Translations under genes and position numbers: made by a program
Part shown: in pieces, positions 1 to 10,420 of the stretch
How positions within the stretch are numbered: position 1 is the stretch's first letter
How the letters are laid out: each line of letters opens with the position of its first letter
Notes under the pieces: generated by a model
The model's input: only the letters and a program-made list of their open reading frames with translations
What the model was told of the DNA's origin: nothing
Databases searched by the model: none
Assembly (NCBI GenBank): GCA_964629745.1
Contig: CAZVRR010000002.1
Location: forward strand, 1-33,490
DNA: 33,490 nucleotides
Direction of reading: 5' to 3'
DNA from: an uncultured Planctomycetales bacterium
Lineage (GTDB): Bacteria; Planctomycetota; Phycisphaerae; UBA1845; Fen-1342

Positions 1-273
1 CATCCCGAACCCCCGCCCCCCGCCCCCGGGGGCGCCGACATCACCCCGACCCAACTGAAGAACGCGCGGAAGGCGGGCCGCAAGCGCCTCAAGCTCAGTC
101 GCCTCGATGACGAGTCGCGGCTCGGACATGGCGCCTTAAGCAGCGGCGGCAACTCCGGGATCGTCGCCATCGTCCCGCCCACCCAGTACCCGCAGCGCGT
201 GTGGGACGAACTCGTCCGCCAGGGCCGGCTGCGGCGCGCCGGCCAGGGCATGTACGAGCTGACGGAGCAGTGA
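1..273 (+). CDS. 3' end of a CDS entering from upstream (hypothetical protein; Pro-rich linker followed by a basic C-terminal region)
   Basis: Frame 1 is open from the window edge to TGA at 271-273. Third codon positions are almost all G/C (about 88% by my count), as in the confident genes here. It is absent from the ORF track because it has no start in the window. The translation ends ...GIVAIVPPTQYPQRVWDELVRQGRLRRAGQGMYELTEQ*. I recognise no family. Confidence 0.6.
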   Translation, partial: HPEPPPPAPGGADITPTQLKNARKAGRKRLKLSRLDDESRLGHGALSSGGNSGIVAIVPPTQYPQRVWDELVRQGRLRRAGQGMYELTEQ

Positions 274-305
274 GGCTGCGGCGCGCCCCTTGCTGGGTGC
301 TGCGC

Positions 306-1538
306 ATGCAACCGACCCCCAAAGGACTGCGACTGCATATCGGTCTGTTCGGCCGGCGCAACGTGGGCAAGTCGTCGCTCTTGAACGCCCTGACGCGGCA
401 GGAGGTCTCGATCGTTTCCGCCGTCGCCGGCACAACCACCGACCCGGTGGAAAAACCGATGGAGCTGCTGCCCCTCGGCCCGGTGCTCTTCATCGACACC
501 GCGGGCGTGGACGACGTGGGGGCGCTGGGCGCCCAGCGCGTGGAGCGGACCCGCCGCATCTTCGAGCGGACCGATGTCGCCGTGATTGTGGCCGAGGCCG
601 GGCAGTGGGGTGAATTCGAAGAGGCCCTGCTCGAAGAGTTCACGCGCCGCGCGACGCCCGTCGTGATTGTGCTCAACAAGCGTGACCTGGGATCGCCGGA
701 CGCGGCGCTGTGCGACCGGCTGGCGCAGCGGAAGCTGCGCTGCGTGGAAACGGTGGCCAGCCGCGGCGACGGGCTGCCCGACCTGCGCGAGGCGCTGATC
801 CGGTCGGCGCCGGACGACTTCGTGAACACGCCGGCCATCGTGACGGACCTGGTCCCGCCCGGCGAGCTGGCCGTCCTGGTGGTGCCGATCGACAAGGAAG
901 CGCCGAAGGGCCGGCTGATCCTGCCGCAGGTCCAGACGATCCGCGATCTGCTCGACGGCGACGCCTATTGCCTCGTGGTCAAGGAACGCGAGCTGCGCGA
1001 TGCGCTGGCGCGGCTGAACCGTCCGCCCGCGCTGGTGGTCACCGATTCCCAGGCCTTCCTGAAGGTCGCCGCCGATACGCCGCCCGAGATCCCCCTGACT
1101 TCTTTCTCGATCCTGTTCGCGCGCTTCAAGGGCGACCTGGTCGAGATGGTGCGCGGGGCGACCGCGATCGACCGGCTGCGGCCCGGCGCCCGGGTGCTCA
1201 TCGCCGAGGCCTGCTCGCATCACCCCATCGGCGAGGACATCGGGCGCGTCAAGATCCCGCGCTGGCTCACGCAGTACGTGGGGGGAAAGCTCGAGTTCGC
1301 GACGGTGGCGGGGCACGATTTCCCGCCCGACCTGGCGGACTACCAACTGGTCATCCATTGCGGCGCCTGCGTGCAGAACCGGCGCGAAGTCCTGTCGCGC
1401 ATCCTACAGTGCCGCCGCGCCGGCGTGCCCATCACGAACTACGGGCTGGCGATCGCGTTTTCCCTGGGGATCTTCGAACGCGCGCTCGAACCGTTCCCGC
1501 TCGCCCGCGAGGTTTACCGCGCTCGGCCCGCCCGGTAA
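306..1538 (+). CDS. hydF: [FeFe]-hydrogenase H-cluster maturation GTPase HydF
   Basis: The N-terminal GTPase carries GRRNVGKSS (G1), AGTTTDPV and DTAG. The central segment reads VVPIDKEAPKGRLILPQVQTIRD. The C-terminal cluster motif CSHH...(about 50 aa)...HCGACV matches the CxH...HCxxC of HydF, and the protein is collinear with the Thermotoga HydF sequence as I remember it. I moved the start to ATG 306 (MQPTPKGLRLHIGLFGRRN); the track ORF starts at 201. Confidence 0.9.
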   Translation: MQPTPKGLRLHIGLFGRRNVGKSSLLNALTRQEVSIVSAVAGTTTDPVEKPMELLPLGPVLFIDTAGVDDVGALGAQRVERTRRIFERTDVAVIVAEAGQWGEFEEALLEEFTRRATPVVIVLNKRDLGSPDAALCDRLAQRKLRCVETVASRGDGLPDLREALIRSAPDDFVNTPAIVTDLVPPGELAVLVVPIDKEAPKGRLILPQVQTIRDLLDGDAYCLVVKERELRDALARLNRPPALVVTDSQAFLKVAADTPPEIPLTSFSILFARFKGDLVEMVRGATAIDRLRPGARVLIAEACSHHPIGEDIGRVKIPRWLTQYVGGKLEFATVAGHDFPPDLADYQLVIHCGACVQNRREVLSRILQCRRAGVPITNYGLAIAFSLGIFERALEPFPLAREVYRARPAR

Positions 1539-1559
1539 GTCCGGACATCGCTTGCGCTC

Positions 1560-2555
1560 TCAGGCGCTCACCGCCCGGAACGCCCCCGCCAGCCAGCAGG
1601 CGCACGCGGCGCCGTCCGACTCCACCAGCATGGGCGCCTCGCGCCGGCAACGCTCGTCCTGCCCGCCGGTGTCGCAGCGCGGGTGGAAGGCACAGCCGCC
1701 GGGGCGCCGCGCAGGGTCCGGCACTTCGCCCGCGATCACCGGCAGGCGCGTCCGGGCGTTGCCTGTGCTCGGCCCATCCAGCCGCGGCATGCAGCGCAGC
1801 AGTCCGCGCGTGTACGGATGCCGCGGAGACCGGAGCAGCGGCGCCGTGGCGCCGCTCTCGACAATCCGCCCGGCGTACATCACCGCCACGTGATCCGCCA
1901 GCTCCGCCACTACGCCGAGGTCGTGCGTAATCAGCAGCAGCGCCATCTCCGTCTGTCGCTTCAGCTCGCGCAGCAGCGCGAGAATCTGGGCCTGAATCGT
2001 GACATCCAGCGCCGTCGTCGGCTCGTCGGCGATCAACAAATCGGGGTCGCATGCCAGTGCCATGGCAATCATCGCGCGCTGCCGCATACCGCCGGAGAGT
2101 TCGTGCGGATAGCGCCGCTCGACGCGCGGCGCATCCGGCAGCCCCACCTGGTGCAGGAGAGTCCGCACGCGCTGCCGCACCGCCCGCCGCGGGAGCCGGC
2201 CGTGAACGGTCAGCGGTTCGCCGACCTGCTCACCGATGGTCAGGACGGGGTTCAGGCTGCTCATCGGCTCCTGGAAGACCATGGCGATGCGGTTGCCGCG
2301 GACGGCGCGCAGCGCGGCCGGGGCAAGGTTCAGCAGGTCCTGGCCCGCGAATTCGATCCGGCCCGCGACGACCTGCCCGCCCGGCGGCAGCAGGCCGAGA
2401 ATCGAGAGTGCGAGGATCGTCTTGCCGCAGCCCGACTCGCCCACGACGGCGAGTGTCTGCCCGCGCGCGAGCGTCAGCGCGACACCATCGACGGCCGTGA
2501 TGACGCCGTCCGGCCGGCGCAGCTCCGTCTTCAGGTCGGTGACGCGCAGCAGCAT
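1560..2555 (-). CDS. ABC transporter ATP-binding protein, OppD/DppD (oligopeptide/dipeptide) type
   Basis: Motifs seen: Walker A GESGCGKT, signature LSGGMRQR and Walker [13 protein letters not shown]. The Cys-containing C-terminal extension (GCAFHPRC...CACW) is typical of the Opp/Dpp ATPase C-terminal domain. The N-terminus [12 protein letters not shown] is typical of the family. Confidence 0.9.
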   Translation of the reverse strand: MLLRVTDLKTELRRPDGVITAVDGVALTLARGQTLAVVGESGCGKTILALSILGLLPPGGQVVAGRIEFAGQDLLNLAPAALRAVRGNRIAMVFQEPMSSLNPVLTIGEQVGEPLTVHGRLPRRAVRQRVRTLLHQVGLPDAPRVERRYPHELSGGMRQRAMIAMALACDPDLLIADEPTTALDVTIQAQILALLRELKRQTEMALLLITHDLGVVAELADHVAVMYAGRIVESGATAPLLRSPRHPYTRGLLRCMPRLDGPSTGNARTRLPVIAGEVPDPARRPGGCAFHPRCDTGGQDERCRREAPMLVESDGAACACWLAGAFRAVSA

Positions 2556-2562
2556 GCGGCCG

Positions 2563-2568
2563 ATTCTA
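2563..2568 (-). promoter_or_regulatory. -10-like TAGAAT, 7 nt upstream of the ABC ATPase ATG (candidate leaderless promoter)
   Basis: The minus strand reads gcgTAGAATcggccgcATG. This is an exact TAGAAT in about 70% GC DNA, with no room for a Shine-Dalgarno sequence. Confidence 0.4.
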
Positions 2569-2706
2569 CGCGGCTCGTGGGCGCGACGCGATTACCGCAC
2601 CGTGACGGCATCGGCGGCGTGTCGCAAGGACCGGCAAGGACTGAGAGAGTCCTGGGCTGTGGCGACTGGCAACGGCGCCGCACGCTTGCGGTGCGGGCGA
2701 GTGGCC

Positions 2707-3717
2707 TCAGCTCCCCTCGACGCTGAGAATGGGCACGCTGGCACGCGTGCGGTATTTCTCGAGCAGGGCCCGCAGCTTCGGCTGGTCCGGATTCAGTTCG
2801 AGGCTGGCGTGCCAGGCCTCGACGGCTTCGTCGCGGTAGCCGACTTTCTGCGGATCGTTCAGGAACTGCGTCATCCGCACCACGCCCAGGCCCGCCTGGG
2901 CGGCGGCGTTGCGGCGATCCAGCGCCAGGGCGCGGCCGTACGCCTCGGCCGCCGGTTCGTGCAGCTCCTGCCGCCACAGGCAATACCCGAGCCGCTCGTG
3001 GGCCGGGGCGTAGTTCGGATCGAGATCGAGCGCGACGAGCAGGGTGCGGTGCGCCGTCTGCCAGCGCTCCTGGTGCAGGTAGACCGTGGCCATGTTCACG
3101 AGCACGGCCGGCTGGCGCGTATCGCATTCGAGCGACTGCTTGTAAGCGCGCAAGGCCTCGTACGGCTTGCCCTGCGTGTGGTAGATCGTGCCGAGATTGC
3201 TCCAGGCGGTCGCGTTCTTCGGGTCGCGCTTCAGCGCTTCCTCGTAGGTATGGGCGGCGGAATCGAGCTCGCCGGCCTGGTGGTAGCACGCGGCCAGCCG
3301 GACGCGGGCATCCAGGTTGTCCGGCTGCAATTCGCAAGCCATGACATAGGCGCGAATCGCCTGCCCCAGCTTGTTCAGCAGGCGGTAGACCTCGCCCAGC
3401 TCGAACGTGGCCGTGAAGTCCTTCGGGTCGAGGCGCAGGGCGGTCTTCAGTGACTCGGTGGCCTGGGTCAGGTCGCCGCTTTCCTTGTACGCGATCCCCA
3501 GCTTGGCGTGGGCCTCGGCAAAGGTGGGATCAAGCCGGACCGCCTCGCGGAATTCCGCCAGCGCCGCGTCATAGTCGCGTTTCTCGAGAGCCGCTTCGCC
3601 CTGCTCGACGTGCATGCTCGCGGCGCCGTGCGTGACGTGGGTGCAGCCGACGGCGGGCAGTAACGGCAAGCCCAGCGCAAGAACGTACCCCAGCCACCGC
3701 CATCTTCGGCTGCGCAT
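2707..3717 (-). CDS. TPR-repeat lipoprotein
   Basis: ATG 3717 is preceded by a GGGAG Shine-Dalgarno-like sequence. The signal peptide plus lipobox reads MRSRRWRWLGYVLALGLPLLPAVGC. The rest consists of repeated 34-aa TPR-like units (A..Y..AL.LDP). The track ORF extends to 3942, but that would overlap the upstream gene; ATG 3729 is an alternative start. Confidence 0.8.
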   Translation of the reverse strand: MRSRRWRWLGYVLALGLPLLPAVGCTHVTHGAASMHVEQGEAALEKRDYDAALAEFREAVRLDPTFAEAHAKLGIAYKESGDLTQATESLKTALRLDPKDFTATFELGEVYRLLNKLGQAIRAYVMACELQPDNLDARVRLAACYHQAGELDSAAHTYEEALKRDPKNATAWSNLGTIYHTQGKPYEALRAYKQSLECDTRQPAVLVNMATVYLHQERWQTAHRTLLVALDLDPNYAPAHERLGYCLWRQELHEPAAEAYGRALALDRRNAAAQAGLGVVRMTQFLNDPQKVGYRDEAVEAWHASLELNPDQPKLRALLEKYRTRASVPILSVEGS

Positions 3718-3799
3718 TCTTGCTCCCATCTCTCCCCGAGCCGCTTTTACCACTGCCCGCCGCGGGGAGTCAACTGCCGCGCTGCGGAAAGCGCCCGGC

Positions 3800-6109
3800 T
3801 CACTCGGCGCCGGCCGCCTGTGTCGCCGGCGCACTCGCGGGCGCCTCGACATACGACTCCGCCAGGGCGCGCACCAACTCGTCCCCGTCGGCCTGCGCCA
3901 GCTCCGCCAGCGCCGACCGCGACTGCTGTGCGTCGCGCTCACCCAGGAGCCGCACGGCCATCAGCCGCACGAGCCAGTGCGGGTGGCGCAGGCAGCGGCG
4001 GACCGCTTCGAACAGCTCGGGGTCCAGGCCGGTCACGTGAAGGCTCTCGAGGGTCCGCACGCGCAGCTCCCAGCTCTCCGCCTGGAGCGCCGCGAGCAGG
4101 GCCGCGCGAACCCGGTCGCTCGAAATCGCCTCGGGGTGATAGCGCAACCGCCCCAGCTCGGCCCGCTGCCGCTCACCCAGCAGTTCGCTCAGCAGCTCGA
4201 CGGCCGCGTAGCGCGACCGGTCCGAGTCTCCGGTCAGGGCGGCGAATGTCGCGTGCAGTGCTTCGCGCGACGCGCGCGCCGGTAGCCGCGTGACGTACGT
4301 CGGGCGCGGGGCCTGCCCGCACAGGCCGGGCCGCCACTGCCCGTCCGCACCGCGCAACGGGTCGAACAGCGCGTGCACGGTCGCACGCTGGACGTGCTGC
4401 GGCGTCAGGCGCAGGGCCTGCCGCAACGGCCCGACGTCAACGGTGCGCTCCAGGCGCACAGTTGCCCCAGGCGCCAGGACGCGCACCGCGTCGAGCGCGA
4501 CGGTGAACAGGTGCGGATACTCGCGGGTGCGATCGCCTTCGAGCTCGAACGACAGCAGGAAGAGCGGATTCGCCATCCAGTCCGGCCCGAGCGTGATCGG
4601 GAAGGACGCGGTGTTCGTCAGGGAGAAGGTGGCGCGCCACGGCATGCCCGGGTTCAGCGACCGCTCGTCCCACTCGACGGCGACGCGCAGGAAGTCCGCC
4701 GGTCGCTGGTGCAGGCGCAATACGTCGCGCGGAAAGGCCGCCCATGCGTCGCGCAGCGGAGCGCTGCGCTGCGCTGGCGCGGGTCGCTCGAGTCCGGGCA
4801 ATTCGAGACTGTCGAGGAGCGCGCGTGCGGGCCCCGCGGGCGGGACCGGCTCCAGGTTGCGCAGGATCTGGCTGGCGCCGTCCGGGTCGCCATTGTCCTT
4901 CCGCAGTCGCGCGAGGCGGTAGGCGGCGAACGAATCGGTCGCGGCCAGTGGCGCCAGCGTGGCGGAGCCGGCCTCGGTTTGCAGGTTCTCGACCTGCGCC
5001 CAGCCGAGTACCCGTTGCGCGAAGCGATCACCGGGGGCGCGCAACGCCGCCGCTTCGGCCAAGGCCAGGGCGCGCTGCGGCTGGGCGTCGAGAATCAGGT
5101 AGAACCACGCCGCCTGCGCGACTTCGTCGACCGGCCAATCCGCCGGGTCACGCAGGCGCGCGAAGCGTTCCGCGAGGCGCCGCTTCACCATCTCGGCGTC
5201 GGCCAGCCGTTCCTGCTGCGAGAGCAGCCAGCCGTACAACATGGCTGCCTGCGCGCTCGTCGTCGGGTCGTTGATCGCCTGTTCGACGGCACTCGTGGCG
5301 CCCGCCAGGTTGTCCCGCGCCAGTTCATGCCGTGCCAACTGCATCGAGTAGGGCCCCGGCGGCGCCGCGTTCGGCGCGATCCGCTGCTGGAGCTCCGCGG
5401 CGTGGCGGTAGAACGGGTCCGCCTCGTCATACAGGCCCGCCTCGTCGAACAGGAGCGCCACGTTCCACGCCGCCTCGAGCGTGAACGGGCTGAGCTGGAG
5501 CAACTTGAGCCAGGCGCTCAACTGCGCGGCGGGCTCCGCATCCGGCGGGAGCAATTGGAGCTGAAGCACCGCGATCTCCGGCTCCCAGGGATCGAGCTGC
5601 GCGGCCTGCTCCAGCGCCTCGCGCGCCCCCGCCGGATCAAGCTGGGACTGGTGGACGCGTGCCAGCTCCAGGTGCAGGCGTGCGCGTTGTTCAGGGGTGC
5701 GGCCCGGTTCGCGCAACGCGGATTGCAGCCAGTCGCGCCGTTGCTCGACGCTCTGGCAGTCGGCCAGGCTGGTTTCGACGAGACGGATGAACGCGCCCAA
5801 GTGGGCCGGGTCGGCGGCGACGAGCTGCCCGGCCGCCGTGCGGGCCGCCTGCGGATCACCGCCCAGGACGGCCAGTTCGTAGAGCCACTGGTGTGCCTCG
5901 AAGAGCCGGGGGTCCAGCCGGACGGCCGCCTGGAGCAGCGTGCGGATCTGGCGCACGTCGGTGGGTGTCTGATTCCCGCGCCGGCTCAGCCCCTGGTCGC
6001 GCGCCAACTGCACGAGCATTTCCGGCGTGGACAGGCTTTCCTGGCCCGCCGCGACCGGTCCGAGAATACCGCCCAGGCACACCACGACCGCGCAGGCTCG
6101 TCGGCCCAT
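3800..6109 (-). CDS. Large secreted TPR-like / HEAT-repeat protein (hypothetical)
   Basis: ATG 6109 has GGGAG upstream and opens a signal-like N-terminus, MGRRACAVVVCLGGILGPVAAGQE. The N-terminal half is helical TPR-like repeats and the middle segment looks beta-rich. The C-terminus has HEAT-like repeats (HPHWLVRLMAVRLLGE). Codon bias is strong throughout. Confidence 0.75.
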   Translation of the reverse strand: MGRRACAVVVCLGGILGPVAAGQESLSTPEMLVQLARDQGLSRRGNQTPTDVRQIRTLLQAAVRLDPRLFEAHQWLYELAVLGGDPQAARTAAGQLVAADPAHLGAFIRLVETSLADCQSVEQRRDWLQSALREPGRTPEQRARLHLELARVHQSQLDPAGAREALEQAAQLDPWEPEIAVLQLQLLPPDAEPAAQLSAWLKLLQLSPFTLEAAWNVALLFDEAGLYDEADPFYRHAAELQQRIAPNAAPPGPYSMQLARHELARDNLAGATSAVEQAINDPTTSAQAAMLYGWLLSQQERLADAEMVKRRLAERFARLRDPADWPVDEVAQAAWFYLILDAQPQRALALAEAAALRAPGDRFAQRVLGWAQVENLQTEAGSATLAPLAATDSFAAYRLARLRKDNGDPDGASQILRNLEPVPPAGPARALLDSLELPGLERPAPAQRSAPLRDAWAAFPRDVLRLHQRPADFLRVAVEWDERSLNPGMPWRATFSLTNTASFPITLGPDWMANPLFLLSFELEGDRTREYPHLFTVALDAVRVLAPGATVRLERTVDVGPLRQALRLTPQHVQRATVHALFDPLRGADGQWRPGLCGQAPRPTYVTRLPARASREALHATFAALTGDSDRSRYAAVELLSELLGERQRAELGRLRYHPEAISSDRVRAALLAALQAESWELRVRTLESLHVTGLDPELFEAVRRCLRHPHWLVRLMAVRLLGERDAQQSRSALAELAQADGDELVRALAESYVEAPASAPATQAAGAE

Positions 6110-6217
6110 TGCACGCTCCCGCTGTGAGTCTGGCGTGTCGAGCGTGGCCTGAGTCGCCGATCGACGCTGCCGGCCACTCCGGGCCTGCGGCGCCACGTCG
6201 TCGGGACAGGGGCCGGG

Positions 6218-6604
6218 TTAAGACGGGACTTCGCTGGTCGCGGGTTGCAGGACCGCGCGCATCGAGCCGTGGGAGCGCTCGAGGCGCCAGTCGCGCCCGT
6301 AGGCCTGAACCTGGTCGCGCTTGAACTCCGCGCGTTCGAATACGGCCGTCTCGACGATCACACTCCCATCCCGGTCCACCTCGCACGCCATCCGGTACGC
6401 AACGTCCGGCGTATGATGGAACAGCTTCACGAGCATTTCAATGACGTAGTCGTACGTGTGGTCGTCGTCGTCGAGCAGCACCACGTTCCAGAGCGGCGTC
6501 TGCCGCGTCTTGGTTGCGTTCTCAGGCTGGATGGATGTCCGCGGTTGGGGAACTTCCACCGAAAGCTCCTTTGTGCATTCCCACCCCGAATTTCGCAGGA
6601 TCAT
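6218..6604 (-). CDS. clpS: ATP-dependent Clp protease adaptor ClpS
   Basis: The core LWNVVLLDDDDHTYDYVIEMLVKLFHHTPDVAYRMACEVDRDGSVIVETAVFERAEFKRDQV matches the ClpS fold signature (V.L.NDD..T...V). Confidence 0.9.
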   Translation of the reverse strand: MILRNSGWECTKELSVEVPQPRTSIQPENATKTRQTPLWNVVLLDDDDHTYDYVIEMLVKLFHHTPDVAYRMACEVDRDGSVIVETAVFERAEFKRDQVQAYGRDWRLERSHGSMRAVLQPATSEVPS

Positions 6605-6776
6605 AACAGTCTTGTCACGAAGATTCCAGGGAATTAATCTCGAAATTCGTGGTCGAACTCCTTGCCGCGGGGCCGCTTACGTTTCCTCCGCCCGGTTTCG
6701 GCTGGCGCGCCGCTTGCTAAGATGGTGTCCAGTGCGTCGCGTCAGGAGAGCGGATACGCCGGAGGATTCGGTCCGA

Positions 6777-8045
<1,269 letters not shown>

Positions 8046-8067
8046 CGCGCCGCTGCTTTCGTGCGGC

Positions 8068-8586
8068 TCAGCGCGGGTCGTCCGGCAGCCCGGGCGGCAT
8101 GTGCGTTTGCAGGTAGCCGGCCAGGGTGGCAGCGTGGATCTCGTTGCGCCACGTCGGCTCATCGCCAAACACGTCGACCACGAGTCGCCCCCAGGCAAAC
8201 ATGACGCCGATCTCGGTCCAATAGCCCTCGTCGCCGGCGACGAACGGCTCGGCCTTGGCCGGCTTGAATCGCTGCAGCGCCTGGCGCGCAACGTCGGGCG
8301 CGGGTACCGCGAAGACGCGGACGTGAAGGCGCCGCGCGGGGGCCGTGTCGTGGTGATACACGGCGAGCCAGACGCGCTCCGGCGCGAATGCCCGCCACGC
8401 CTCGGCTTCGTCCGCCAGGCTCTCTGAGGCCTCGGCGAAGCTGCCACTCCAGACCGCGCCGTCGAGCACCCACGGACGGGCGACGTGCGCCGCGGGAAAC
8501 GCCGCCGCGACGGTCGGCGCACGGGAGGAACACCCGGCACTCGCAACAAGTGACAGGACCGCCAGCACGCCGCAGGTAAGCCGCAT
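8068..8586 (-). CDS. Hypothetical lipoprotein
   Basis: Signal peptide and lipobox: MRLTCGVLAVLSLVASAGCSS. Codon bias is good. The start lies 4 nt after the stop of the upstream MBL gene. I recognise no family. Confidence 0.7.
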   Translation of the reverse strand: MRLTCGVLAVLSLVASAGCSSRAPTVAAAFPAAHVARPWVLDGAVWSGSFAEASESLADEAEAWRAFAPERVWLAVYHHDTAPARRLHVRVFAVPAPDVARQALQRFKPAKAEPFVAGDEGYWTEIGVMFAWGRLVVDVFGDEPTWRNEIHAATLAGYLQTHMPPGLPDDPR

Positions 8587-8590
8587 GGGC

Positions 8591-9247
8591 CTACGCCTCC
8601 AGGAACGGGTTGTACTGCCGCTCGTGTCCGATGGTCGTCGCCGGCCCGTGTCCCGGGTAGACGACAGTCTCCGCGGGCAGCGTCAGCAATTGCGTGCGGA
8701 TGTTGTGCAGCAGCCGTTCGCCCGAACTGCCCGGGAAGTCGTAGCGGCCAACGCTGCCCTGGAACAGCGCGTCGCCGACGACCGCGACGCCGGCCGCCCG
8801 ACAGAAGTACGCCAGCCCGGCCGGGGAGTGGCCCGCCACGTCGAGCACGTCCCAGCTCAAGTCGCCCAGCGCGAGCACGTCGCCGGGGCCGAGCAATCGG
8901 TCGGCCGCGGGCGCGGTGACCGGCATTCCGAAGGGGGCGGAGAGATTCGCGCCGGCATCCCGCAGCATGTGCTCTTCGCCGCGGGGTGCCCAGAGCGCTG
9001 CCTCGGGCAACTGGCTGCGCAGCGTATTCACGCCTGCCAGGTGGTCCGCGTGACAGTGCGTCAGCAGAATGGCACGCACGGTCAGGTTGTGTTCCCGCAC
9101 CGCGGCGAGGATTTCATCCGGCTGGGGGGGGAAACTGGGGTCCACGACCCAGGCGTCGCGACCGGCGACCGGCCAAAGCAGGAATGCATTTTCCTGGAAC
9201 AGGGGATCGACGAAGACGTCGAGAGAGAGCGGGCCGTGCTGCATCAT
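8591..9247 (-). CDS. MBL-fold metallo-hydrolase (hydroxyacylglutathione hydrolase-like)
   Basis: It carries the HxHxDH motif (LTHCHADH), a later GHSPAG and a C-terminal PGHGP, at the length typical of GloB-like enzymes. Confidence 0.85.
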   Translation of the reverse strand: MMQHGPLSLDVFVDPLFQENAFLLWPVAGRDAWVVDPSFPPQPDEILAAVREHNLTVRAILLTHCHADHLAGVNTLRSQLPEAALWAPRGEEHMLRDAGANLSAPFGMPVTAPAADRLLGPGDVLALGDLSWDVLDVAGHSPAGLAYFCRAAGVAVVGDALFQGSVGRYDFPGSSGERLLHNIRTQLLTLPAETVVYPGHGPATTIGHERQYNPFLEA

Positions 9248-9254
9248 GACTCGG

Positions 9255-9260
9255 ATTGTA
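9255..9260 (-). promoter_or_regulatory. -10-like TACAAT, 7 nt upstream of the MBL hydrolase ATG (candidate leaderless promoter)
   Basis: The minus strand reads cctgTACAATccgagtcATGATG. Confidence 0.35.
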
Positions 9261-9289
9261 CAGGCTCGACCCGGACGCCGCAGGCGGGG

Positions 9290-10420
9290 TCACTTGTCCG
9301 CCGCCCCGCCGGCATCGGCATGGGCCTGCGCCGCCGCAGTTGGCGCGCCGGCCGGCTCCGGACCGCGCCGCGCGGCCAGCAGGCGCACCTGGAGCTGGTG
9401 CGTATCGTCCCGCACGTGGACGCCGTCGATCCCCGCGATGCCCGCGCACAGGCGCAGGGGGGGCGCGGGATCCACCACGGTGAGCACGCACTCGAGCGCC
9501 GGCTCGCGGTTGATCTTCACGCGCAGCGGCACGCGGAAGCCGGCCGGCACATGGGGCAGCCACGGGAGCGACAGCGCCGGCGTCGCCTCGCCCAGGGCGA
9601 CGGCGAACGTCGGCCGGATGCCCAGGTTCATAATGATCGACAGCAGCGACGGCCAGGCGATGATTTCGTGAATGATCGCGTTCACATGCGGCGTGCTCAT
9701 CAGCAGGTCGCCGTAGGAAAACAGCGACGCGATGCTGCGGATGACCTGGGCGCGCTCGGCCGGGGTCAGCTCCGCCTCCTCCGCGGCGTGCCGCCCGCCG
9801 GCGATTCGGCAGGTCTCGTACAGTCCGGCTTCGAGCAGGCTTTCGAACGCGAACGGGTAGACCGTGGCCTGCAACCTGGCCTGCTCGTCGAACACCTCGA
9901 TGCGCAACAGCGCCGTGGCACCGGGAATCTCGACGCCGTTGTTCGAGGCGAGCGTGACGAGCTCGGCCGGCAGGCGCGGCGCTTCGAGCCACAGCGTGTC
10001 CGACCCGCCCGCCGGGTGGGGGCCGCGGATCGTGTGGGCAGCGCCGGGGGGCGGCGGCGCGTCGGCGGAGTCGGGTCCGGGCACGACGGCGATGCGCGTG
10101 CCGGGTTGCAGTTGCGTCAGGAGGACTTGCAGGCGGGCGTACCAGATCTGCTCGCGATCGGCCCGCGCCAGGTCAATGCCGTAGAGGATCGCGTCGCCGA
10201 CGCGCAGCTCCGCCCCCGGCTGAGGCTCATCGAAGCCGGTCAGGATGGCCTGCCCGGGCGCGAAGCGGTTATCCGGCGGCGGCCAGTCAGTCCGGGCGGT
10301 CAGTTCGGCTGCGCCCCGGGTGGTGGGGGTGGCACAGCCGGCTTGCCAGTCCAGCGCACAGGAAACTGCCGCCGTGAGCACCGCCCAGCGCAGCAGTCTC
10401 CCGGCGGGACGTGTGTTCAT
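9290..10420 (-). CDS. Hypothetical secreted protein or lipoprotein
   Basis: The N-terminal signal reads MNTRPAGRLLRWAVLTAAVSCALDWQAGC. Codon bias is good. Its ATG overlaps the stop of the upstream dehydratase gene (ATGA at 10417-10420). I recognise no family. Confidence 0.7.
   Translation of the reverse strand: MNTRPAGRLLRWAVLTAAVSCALDWQAGCATPTTRGAAELTARTDWPPPDNRFAPGQAILTGFDEPQPGAELRVGDAILYGIDLARADREQIWYARLQVLLTQLQPGTRIAVVPGPDSADAPPPPGAAHTIRGPHPAGGSDTLWLEAPRLPAELVTLASNNGVEIPGATALLRIEVFDEQARLQATVYPFAFESLLEAGLYETCRIAGGRHAAEEAELTPAERAQVIRSIASLFSYGDLLMSTPHVNAIIHEIIAWPSLLSIIMNLGIRPTFAVALGEATPALSLPWLPHVPAGFRVPLRVKINREPALECVLTVVDPAPPLRLCAGIAGIDGVHVRDDTHQLQVRLLAARRGPEPAGAPTAAAQAHADAGGAADK

Noticed and set aside
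4373-6127. A 584-aa plus-strand ORF. The same applies to 8585-10435 (plus strand, 616 aa), 6984-8549 (minus strand, 521 aa), 20131-21969 (plus strand, 612 aa), 710-1930 (plus strand, 406 aa) and 12593-14176 (minus strand, 527 aa).
   Set aside because: All are antisense or out of frame relative to genes with better evidence (signal peptides, family motifs, Shine-Dalgarno sites). Their translations are Arg/Pro/Gly/Ala-rich strings typical of wrong-frame reading in high-GC DNA.
6605-6776. A possible FMN (RFN) riboswitch in the 172-nt clpS/ribBA divergent spacer, and a CACGAA...TTCGTG inverted repeat (about 6618-6653).
   Set aside because: The RFN core (GGGUGAAAUUCCC ... GCCGACGGU) is not present. 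The inverted repeat has only 6-bp arms 24 nt apart, too weak to call an operator.
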